NCBI GenBank assembly: GCA_964403145.1
Contig: CAYOFB010000001.1
Span: 1-40,473 of the forward strand
DNA from: an uncultured Candidatus Bathyarchaeia archaeon
Lineage (GTDB): Archaea; Thermoproteota; Bathyarchaeia; Bathyarchaeales; WUQV01
DNA length: 40,473 nucleotides
Direction: 5' to 3'
Numbering within the stretch: the stretch's first letter is position 1; each line of letters begins with the position of its first letter. The notes under the pieces were generated by a model. That model did no database searches, had not been told where the DNA came from, and saw only the letters and a program-made list of their open reading frames with translations. Below, in pieces: positions 8,923 to 16,302 of the stretch. A program made the translations under genes and the position numbers.

Positions 8923-10512
8923 TTACAGCCACCGGACCAAAGATGAGCCCTCAGTTTTCAATCTCCAATCGATAATAACTTTATATTCTGGATTAATTTC
9001 GTAGCCGATCCATCGTCTACCTAGTTTATTTGCAACAACTAGAGTTGTGCCCGAGCCAGCGAAGGGATCTAGTACAATATCACCTTTATTTGAGCATAAA
9101 AGTATTATTCGCTTGACTAGCTCTTCCGGATAAACAGCTGTATGTTTTATCTTTTTTTCAGCAGTAATAACTTCTATTGGTTTTCCAATATTTCCTATTT
9201 TTCTATACATTTTCCATACATTTCCTAATAGCTCGTTTCGCTCATGTAGGTAATCAACAAAGCTATTCGGAGGAGGAAGCTTGAATAAGTACCCTTTTTT
9301 CTGCTTTGTGAAGAATAAGATGTACTCATGTCGATCCGTTAGGTTCTTTGGTCCGGTGGTTGGCACAAATATTGGTTTGTGCCAGATTACAATTTCTTTC
9401 AGATAAAAACCCACATCAGTTACTGTTCTAATTATATCTTGAGGAAATAGAAGCATTTTTCCTTCGATGATTCTTTTGTTAATATTTACCCATAGACTAC
9501 CATGTGGAGTAAGAACTCTATAACACTCTTCCCAGACTTTACGCAGTCTTTCTAAATATCTATCATAACTTTCACCGAACCCTATCTGACCTTTGACACC
9601 GTAATCTCTTAATCCCCAATAGGGGGGACTCGTAATTATTAGTTGAACGGACTCATTGGGTACTTCATCCATTTTTTCGCTAGACTTATAGTAGATTCTC
9701 CCGGTAGAAACTTCAGGTATTTTTTTAAAAGACGTAGAAACTTCTTCATTCATCTCTACTATTTGGGCTTCACGATAAGCTACTTTGGAGTTGCAAGTTG
9801 AAAAATTTCTTTTTAATTTTTTTGCAACCTCTTCAAAAGGTGTACCCTCTGTAAACATCCCCAAAATCGTGTCTTGTTCATCAGAGCCAGCGAGGATGCA
9901 TCTCTCTATAACTTCATCCATTGATAATGGAATATGCCTTAACGTTACTCCTTTACGACTTTCTGTTTTCAACCAAAAATTACTAGGATTCTTTCCCTTA
10001 GGATGGTATCGACTTCTTCTTCCTCCCCCCCACTCGACATCTTTCCAGATATGTGGTTCCCTTATGCTATCGAGGTTGAATTTGTAGTTTTTGTTCTTTG
10101 ATGCAAATAGTATGCAACTATATCTATTTACAAGTCCTCTTGATAGGTTCTCCTTTTCTAGGTTGTACCAGATTATAATGTTCCTTAAATAAAAATCGAG
10201 CTTTTGTAATTCTTCCCCTACAATGAATGGAATAGGAATAAGCTCGCCGTCATAGTAGTAATTATCACAAAGCACCCAAAGAGTGCCGTCCTTTCTCAAA
10301 ACGCGGAAGCATTCGCGCCATAAATCATTCAAAGATAGCAAGTTTTCTGATAGGGCCTCTTTGAAGTTATGAGTACCATATTCTGCAAGGGTTCTCTCTA
10401 CAACGGGCAACTTAACCCAAATAAGCTGAAAAGTCTCGTTCTGAAATTTTCGAATTTGTTGTAGAACATCCTGACAGAAAATTCGCTTATCTACTTGACT
10501 ATCAATCGTCAT
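8923..10512 (-). CDS. beta-class N4-C/N6-A DNA methyltransferase with an N-terminal degenerate (pseudo-)MTase domain
   Basis: 529 aa. The C-terminal half has motif IV (LIITSPPYWGLRDYG) and motif I (VLDPFAGSGTT). The N-terminal half is paralogous (LWRECFRVLRKDGTLWV, FYLRNIIIWY, ILFASKN) but carries KLPV in place of SPPY and LGMFTEGTP in place of DPFxGSGTT. Confidence 0.8.
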   Translation of the reverse strand: MTIDSQVDKRIFCQDVLQQIRKFQNETFQLIWVKLPVVERTLAEYGTHNFKEALSENLLSLNDLWRECFRVLRKDGTLWVLCDNYYYDGELIPIPFIVGEELQKLDFYLRNIIIWYNLEKENLSRGLVNRYSCILFASKNKNYKFNLDSIREPHIWKDVEWGGGRRSRYHPKGKNPSNFWLKTESRKGVTLRHIPLSMDEVIERCILAGSDEQDTILGMFTEGTPFEEVAKKLKRNFSTCNSKVAYREAQIVEMNEEVSTSFKKIPEVSTGRIYYKSSEKMDEVPNESVQLIITSPPYWGLRDYGVKGQIGFGESYDRYLERLRKVWEECYRVLTPHGSLWVNINKRIIEGKMLLFPQDIIRTVTDVGFYLKEIVIWHKPIFVPTTGPKNLTDRHEYILFFTKQKKGYLFKLPPPNSFVDYLHERNELLGNVWKMYRKIGNIGKPIEVITAEKKIKHTAVYPEELVKRIILLCSNKGDIVLDPFAGSGTTLVVANKLGRRWIGYEINPEYKVIIDWRLKTEGSSLVRWL

Positions 10513-11368
10513 AGTTTATAACCTTGAAGATGCACTTTCCATACATTAAATTGTCTGGTTCTAATCTTCTACATATCAACTCGCGATATTCCGGATTTAT
10601 CTCGATGCCTATTGAATTTCTGTTAAGCTTCCTAGCAACTCTCATAGTAGTGCCTGAACCTACAAACGGATCCAGTACGATATCTCCTGGGTTAGAACTC
10701 ATTTTAATTATTCTTTCAATCATCGGCTCAGGGAATACACACGGATGATTTATTCCAAGTTTCTTTTTTGTCATATTATTAACTCTATCGAAATACCATA
10801 CGTCCGTAGGATTTCTTCCTTTACCTTTTATTCGTTTGTCATTTGTTAAATATGGAACGCGGATTGCATCCAAATTAAAAACGTAATTCTTTATGTCCTT
10901 TACAAACCATAAAATGGCTTCCCATCGCCCACTTAGTCGCTTTGTACAATTTTGCATGTTATGAAAATGCCATATTATCTTATTACGCAAGTAAAAGCCG
11001 CTTTTTTTAAGTAAGAAGTAAGCGTACGAGTCCAAGGGAATTATTTCCTTTGTCTTGGGATGCGGGATAGGAGAAACATTCAAAAAAAGACTTCCATTTG
11101 GGGTAAGGATTCTGAATAGTTCTCTGCCCACCGTTTCTATCATTCTTGTCCATTTTTCTAAGTTAAATTTGTCGCGGTATTTTGTTCCATATTTTTTCCC
11201 TAAACCATAAGGAGGACTCGTCACGACTAAGTTGACACTTTCATCGGGAAAAATGTTTTCGTCCTTAAGCACCTTAAGCGCATCTCCAATTATGAGAAGG
11301 TGATAAGTAGTGTTTTCTGAAATATCTTCGAAATAGATCTCTTTACTTTCGAGAGTTTTTACCCTCAT
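10502..11368 (-). CDS. beta-class DNA methyltransferase (SPPY type, N4-cytosine or N6-adenine)
   Basis: 288 aa. LVVTSPPYGLGKKYG (motif IV) precedes VLDPFVGSGTT (motif I), giving the beta-class order. Overlaps the downstream MTase by 11 nt. Confidence 0.85.
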   Translation of the reverse strand: MRVKTLESKEIYFEDISENTTYHLLIIGDALKVLKDENIFPDESVNLVVTSPPYGLGKKYGTKYRDKFNLEKWTRMIETVGRELFRILTPNGSLFLNVSPIPHPKTKEIIPLDSYAYFLLKKSGFYLRNKIIWHFHNMQNCTKRLSGRWEAILWFVKDIKNYVFNLDAIRVPYLTNDKRIKGKGRNPTDVWYFDRVNNMTKKKLGINHPCVFPEPMIERIIKMSSNPGDIVLDPFVGSGTTMRVARKLNRNSIGIEINPEYRELICRRLEPDNLMYGKCIFKVINYDD

Positions 11369-11534
11369 ATTTCTCTATCACCAATCTCCTCTTTCCTTTA
11401 TCTATTTTGATAATCACGATATCGCCCTTCTTAAACGGAAACGCAGAGTCTAACGCGATTTCGGAGGGAATATATATCCTTAATCTTCTTCCTTTACTAT
11501 CTCCGGTGATTGTAGCTTTCGATTCTAAAACCAT
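11343..11534 (-). CDS. AbrB/SpoVT-fold small DNA-binding protein, likely controller of the MTase operon
   Basis: The likely start is the internal ATG at 11534 (MVLESKATITGDSKGRRLRIYIPSEIALDSAFPFKKGDIVIIKIDKGKRRLVIEKY..), which has the looped-hinge swapped-hairpin signature. The 46 upstream codons of track ORF 11343-11672 look like AT-rich non-coding sequence. Overlaps the MTase start by 26 nt. Confidence 0.6.
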   Translation of the reverse strand: MVLESKATITGDSKGRRLRIYIPSEIALDSAFPFKKGDIVIIKIDKGKRRLVIEKYEGKNSRK

Positions 11535-11638
11535 TTTGTTACACCTTGCAACACAATTTGTAATAAAAATTGCATCAATATAAATTTTATTGTGGTGGAT
11601 GATACCTTTGAAGTATGCGCCATAGTTTATAAGCTTTA

Positions 11639-13834
11639 ATGGATATAGGAAAAATGAATAAGGGCTGTGCATTGAGTCAAGAAATGGAAAAGAGGGTTAT
11701 AGAAAAGTTTTTCCCAGTTAGATTTATCAACAACATCACAAACGTAGAAGTACACGCCAGAAAGCCTATTTATGACATCCATCGATGGTGGGCTAGAAGA
11801 CCTGGTTCAACATTTAGAGCTATAATTTTAGGTACGCTTCTTTCTGGAAACTCGGTAAACGAGGAATCATTCAAAACAATTTTTTACAGAAAGAATGATT
11901 TGAACGGCAGTATAGTTTTGGACCCGTTTTCTGGAGGAGGGACAACCATTGTAGAGGCCACTAGATTGAATTGCAATACCATAGGCATTGATATTAACCC
12001 TGTTGCATGGTTTATAACGAAAAAAGAAATAGAACATGTAAGCATTAAGAGACTAATCGAAGAATATAGAAACTTGGAAAAAAAGCTTGCACATAAAATT
12101 AAGAGATACTACGTAACTTCTTGTCCTAATTGCGGGAAAACCGCTGAAGTAGTTTACGTCTTCTGGGTGAGGAGAGTAAGATGTAGTCGATGTGGAATGG
12201 AATTTCCAAAATTTTCAGCCGTTAAGTTGGCAGATATAAGCAGGGATAAATCATGGATTTTCTGCCTATTCTGTCATACTATTTTTGCATGGAATAGAAA
12301 GGAAAGAAATATAATCTGCCCAGGATGCGGTAGGCAACTTGATATTGATAGAAGAACAAGAGACAAAAAGTACAGTTGCCCAGGTTGTGGCGCAGGACTC
12401 AGTGCCAAAGAGAGCTTACCAACTAAAAACTTTGATATGTTTGCAATTGAATACTACTGCCCGAATTGTGGAAGGAGAGGGTACAAAGCGGCTGATGCTT
12501 CTGATTATAGATTGTATGAAGAAGCGAAGAAAGAGTTTTATAAGCATAAAGACAACCTAATTTTTCCTCGTGAGGAAATCCCTCCTGGAAAAGAAGTAAA
12601 ACGTCTTTTCAAATATGGTTACAAGTTCTTTTACGAGTTCTTTAATGAGAGACAGTTGTTATGTTTATCGATTTTATTTAACGAAATATTACACATTGAA
12701 GATGATAACATTAGGGAATTTTTCTTGTTAGCATTCTCGGATTGTCTAGATTACAATAACATGTTTGCACGCTATAACTGGAAAGCACGGAAAATAGAAC
12801 CAATGTTTGCACATCATGCCTTCTATCCGAAAGATATCCCTGCCGAAAATAATGTTTGGGGGACAAGATACGGTCGCTGCTCTTTCTCAAAATGTTTTAA
12901 AAAATTAGTTAAGGCTAAGCAATATTGCGACAGACCATACGAGTTAAGAGTAATTGGAGGAAAGGCTAACAAAATCTATATCCGAAATGAAAAAATTAGA
13001 GGAAACCTTGTTGATAACTTCAAGGATTTATCTAAAGGTGGCGGAAATGTCCTTTTAAAGTGCCATGATGCTGAAGATCTATCCTTTATTCCGGATAAGT
13101 CTGTTGACGCCGTTATTACGGATCCTCCTTATTTTGATAATGTAATGTATTCTGAACTTGCGGACTTCTACTACATTTGGTTACGGATAGCTTTGGCAGA
13201 GAAATATGATATATTTAAACAAAAGTACTGCCCAAGGTCCGGGGAGGCAGTAGTAAATAAAGTACAAAGGAAAAATGAAGGGTTTTATTTGCAAAAATTA
13301 ACAAAAATCTTTAAGGAATGTTTTAGAGTATTAAAAGACAATGGTTTGCTCGTCTTTACTTTTCATCATAAAAAAATTGAAGCATGGGCTTCAACTTTAG
13401 AAGCGATATTGAACGCTAACTTTTACATAACTGCAGTATATCCTGTTTTCAGTGAAATGCGAACATCTTTTCATATATTTGGCAAAAAAGCAGTGAGTTA
13501 TGACACCATAATTGTTTGTCGGAAAAGAAAGGGTAAACTTCAGAGGGTTTCATGGAATAATTTGCTTGATGAAATCGAATCTTATGCTAAAGAAATGCTA
13601 AAGGAATTAACTAAATTCAGGAATTTGACTCCAGATGATTTATTTGTAATCATGAGAGGAAAATGCTTAGAGCTGTACTCTAAATTTTATCCCAATGTAT
13701 ACATGAATGAAGAAAAGGTGTCAATTGTGCAAGTGTTAGAATACGTTGATAAAAAGTTGGCTGAACTAATGGAAAAAACGGACGCATTTAAGAAACAAAA
13801 AATCACCTTGGATGAATTTATGCGTAATCTTTAA
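11639..13834 (+). CDS. DUF1156/COG1743-type DNA methylase with internal zinc ribbons
   Basis: 731 aa. IHRWWARRP (DUF1156 signature), VLDPFSGGGTT (motif I) near the N-terminus, and VITDPPYFDNVMYSE (motif IV) about 400 aa later. Six CxxC pairs lie between them (CPNC, CSRC, CLFC, CPGC, CPGC, CPNC). The start codon is uncertain (alternative Mets at 11654 and 11684). Confidence 0.8.
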   Translation: MDIGKMNKGCALSQEMEKRVIEKFFPVRFINNITNVEVHARKPIYDIHRWWARRPGSTFRAIILGTLLSGNSVNEESFKTIFYRKNDLNGSIVLDPFSGGGTTIVEATRLNCNTIGIDINPVAWFITKKEIEHVSIKRLIEEYRNLEKKLAHKIKRYYVTSCPNCGKTAEVVYVFWVRRVRCSRCGMEFPKFSAVKLADISRDKSWIFCLFCHTIFAWNRKERNIICPGCGRQLDIDRRTRDKKYSCPGCGAGLSAKESLPTKNFDMFAIEYYCPNCGRRGYKAADASDYRLYEEAKKEFYKHKDNLIFPREEIPPGKEVKRLFKYGYKFFYEFFNERQLLCLSILFNEILHIEDDNIREFFLLAFSDCLDYNNMFARYNWKARKIEPMFAHHAFYPKDIPAENNVWGTRYGRCSFSKCFKKLVKAKQYCDRPYELRVIGGKANKIYIRNEKIRGNLVDNFKDLSKGGGNVLLKCHDAEDLSFIPDKSVDAVITDPPYFDNVMYSELADFYYIWLRIALAEKYDIFKQKYCPRSGEAVVNKVQRKNEGFYLQKLTKIFKECFRVLKDNGLLVFTFHHKKIEAWASTLEAILNANFYITAVYPVFSEMRTSFHIFGKKAVSYDTIIVCRKRKGKLQRVSWNNLLDEIESYAKEMLKELTKFRNLTPDDLFVIMRGKCLELYSKFYPNVYMNEEKVSIVQVLEYVDKKLAELMEKTDAFKKQKITLDEFMRNL

Positions 13835-15306
13835 GCTGATGCAAAAAAGTTTGTGATTTTCTTTCCAGATGTCTCTTGGAATATGTGGCTGTAGACTTTG
13901 AATAGGTCCCTTCTCAATTCATTATCTGAGAACTCTTCAATAAGCTGCTTTAGTGCTTCGCCATCTTTTATCATTCGAAAAACGCTCTTACACATATAAT
14001 CATGTTGTAAAACAGCATGTGCATACAGTAGAATTCTTGCAAAAAGATAATCTTCGCCTCCATTTGAATAGAACTCTTTGATTTCTTTTATGCTATATTT
14101 TCTACATACATAGCAGTCACATACTACATCATCGCTAACTCTATGGAGTTGTATATATCTGAGTACATTTTTCTTGTTATCTTTTATGACATCTCCTTTA
14201 GAGTCAACTGCTGGAATAAGATATTTGGAAAAGCTTATGCCCTTGACGTTTTGATCAAAGACAAAGTCTATGCTTTCTTTTTCTCCATCGATGGCTCTTC
14301 TCCATGGAGAATGACAATCAAATGAATCAACTCCCGCTGCAACCAATGGAATTATATTAAAGACGTCTCCAATGCCCAGACCATGAATAGGTCTTTGGTC
14401 ACTAATCTTGAGAAGTTCCTGTCTAATGGCTTTCGCAGCTTTACCGACAATTAGTCCAGCTTTTACTCTCCGTCTAGCATCTGAAGGTATTTCCCACATT
14501 TCATTGCTCTTTGTTCTATAATCTGCTAGCCCTGCAATTGCAAAACCGTCAAATTTTTCTCCAATTTTTTCTTCTAGCTTAAGAATCATCCTCAAATATT
14601 CACGGAATTGATCGGGTGTTTCGCCACGAAGCGGAACATATATCATCGTTACTTTATTTTTTCCAAATTTCTTCATATTTTCCAACGTTGACCTGACTAA
14701 ACGCATATTGCTCTCTTTATCCTTACTGAAATGGGCGGATAATCTTCTATAAATTTCGTCTCTAGTCTCTCCCTTCCTATATGTGTACTTCCTGGCGAAA
14801 TCCATCGCTATTTCAATATTGAAATTATGTTTAAATGCAAATTTCATATAATCTGGAATCATTTTCTCAAAAGCTGCGACTACTTCCTCCTCCCTTTGTG
14901 CATTTTCAATTTCATCTCTTAGAAAATTACCCGAACCTGAGTCGAGCATTATTATAGGATTCCACGTTGTTTCTCTGAATTGTAAGTTCTCCCGTACAAA
15001 CCCTTCGTCAAAGAAACATTTTCTAATAAATTTAATGAAGTCAACCATGTCACCAAAATTCTCTAGCTGGCTTGTCCATTTTTCAGTTTTAAACGTACCC
15101 CCAACTGTAAGGTAGTAGTAATTAAATAATGTTGGGATGTTGCTTTGTTCGAACAAATTAATATAGGTGATAATACGGTAAAGGTCACTGGCACCTCCGC
15201 CGAAATCACATGTCATAAAATAGCAGGGGGTAGTTCTTTCCTTCGAGGGAAATACGAATCTTCCAGCCCTAGCTCCTTCTTTTGACCATGTCAAAATCTC
15301 AAACAT
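13831..15306 (-). CDS. tRNA-guanine-transglycosylase-superfamily protein without PUA domain (DpdA-like candidate DNA transglycosylase)
   Basis: From ATG 15306 the product reads MFEILTWSKEGARAGRF..TTPCYF (TGT N-terminus). It also has MLDSGSGNF (DSGGFQ-like catalytic Asp), HGLGIGDVFNIIPLVAAGVDSFDCHSP (GVG..GxDxFDC) and VCDCYVCRKYS...YAHAV (CxCxxC...H zinc site). The track ORF begins 4 codons earlier at GTG 15318. Confidence 0.8.
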   Translation of the reverse strand: MFEILTWSKEGARAGRFVFPSKERTTPCYFMTCDFGGGASDLYRIITYINLFEQSNIPTLFNYYYLTVGGTFKTEKWTSQLENFGDMVDFIKFIRKCFFDEGFVRENLQFRETTWNPIIMLDSGSGNFLRDEIENAQREEEVVAAFEKMIPDYMKFAFKHNFNIEIAMDFARKYTYRKGETRDEIYRRLSAHFSKDKESNMRLVRSTLENMKKFGKNKVTMIYVPLRGETPDQFREYLRMILKLEEKIGEKFDGFAIAGLADYRTKSNEMWEIPSDARRRVKAGLIVGKAAKAIRQELLKISDQRPIHGLGIGDVFNIIPLVAAGVDSFDCHSPWRRAIDGEKESIDFVFDQNVKGISFSKYLIPAVDSKGDVIKDNKKNVLRYIQLHRVSDDVVCDCYVCRKYSIKEIKEFYSNGGEDYLFARILLYAHAVLQHDYMCKSVFRMIKDGEALKQLIEEFSDNELRRDLFKVYSHIFQETSGKKITNFFASA

Positions 15307-16141
15307 CTTTATCACCACACAACGATTTTATTTCATCTATAAATTCCTTAAAATTACCCATCTCAAGGAGTGGAAGGTACACTTTATTTAGCTCTCCCAC
15401 CAGTATCTCCCTATCGCCTTTTCTAACGAAGTCACCAGCCCTTTCGCGTCTACGCCATTCTACACCAACTTCATCTATATACTCGTATACTCGCTCAGCA
15501 GACATGTAAAATATTCCCTTAATACACGGATAATCTAGCCAATACACATAAAAAACTGGCACTCTAATTTTAGTCTGAACTATTTTTCTCTGAGCTTTGA
15601 TTTTCTCACCTACGTCCAGCGTTGTAGACCCTTCGTAGCATTCTCTACCAGGTATTTTTTCAAAAACTTTCACGAAAGGGGCTGTCAGATATTTCACTTC
15701 GCAATATGCTACTACCTTCGTCTTATTATTATCCAACACCTCAATATCTGGATAGTTCCCACCTTCTGCTGTTCTTCGACACGGTACCTTTAGATGAGTA
15801 TTTAAAAAGTCCATTAATACGTCCTCAAATTGCTTCCCCAGAACTACATCAAGCTTTTTAATGGACTCATTTCTTGGATTCAGATAGAATTTCCAGCATT
15901 CGGAGCACTCGGCCTTCAGTCTTGGAATCAAGTGGAAAAAGTTCTGTCTAGGAAGAATTTGTTTCTTTTTTCTTTGATTTTCATACATTATCCTATAACA
16001 TTGTTCATTGAAATCATCAAAAGTAAACTGTCTCTTGTGTAATGGGAAGTTTTTCGTGAATTTCCTCAACTTACTGGAATAAAGTGATAAAAGTCTTTTA
16101 TAGAGCTCTATGCTCTGGGTATAAGATTCGTTATCCTCCAT
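15299..16141 (-). CDS. PD-(D/E)XK restriction-endonuclease-like nuclease
   Basis: 280 aa. QFEDVL ... GGNYPDIEVLDNNKTKVVAYCEVKY gives the E...PD...ExK catalytic arrangement with canonical spacing. Its TGA lies inside ATGTTTGA, an 8-nt overlap with the TGT-like start. Confidence 0.7.
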   Translation of the reverse strand: MEDNESYTQSIELYKRLLSLYSSKLRKFTKNFPLHKRQFTFDDFNEQCYRIMYENQRKKKQILPRQNFFHLIPRLKAECSECWKFYLNPRNESIKKLDVVLGKQFEDVLMDFLNTHLKVPCRRTAEGGNYPDIEVLDNNKTKVVAYCEVKYLTAPFVKVFEKIPGRECYEGSTTLDVGEKIKAQRKIVQTKIRVPVFYVYWLDYPCIKGIFYMSAERVYEYIDEVGVEWRRRERAGDFVRKGDREILVGELNKVYLPLLEMGNFKEFIDEIKSLCGDKDV

Positions 16142-16302
16142 TTCAAATTCCTAGACAAATGGTTTAGTCATTAAATTTAACATGTGCGACTAATCTTTAA
16201 ATATTTCTCGATACTCGTAGCCACGAACTATTAACGCCAGTAAGCTCAAGGATTAGTTTTGATGAACGAACGGAGAATAGAGAGTTTGGAGACGTTTAAC
16301 TT

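Noticed and set aside
11535-11672. The long N-terminal extension of the AbrB-like ORF (109 aa in the track); likewise the 33-codon extension of ORF 39689-40102
   Set aside because: The extensions translate AT-rich promoter DNA into implausible peptide (for example MHSPYSFFLYPLKLINYGAYF). Internal ATGs give compact domains and sensible intergenic promoters.
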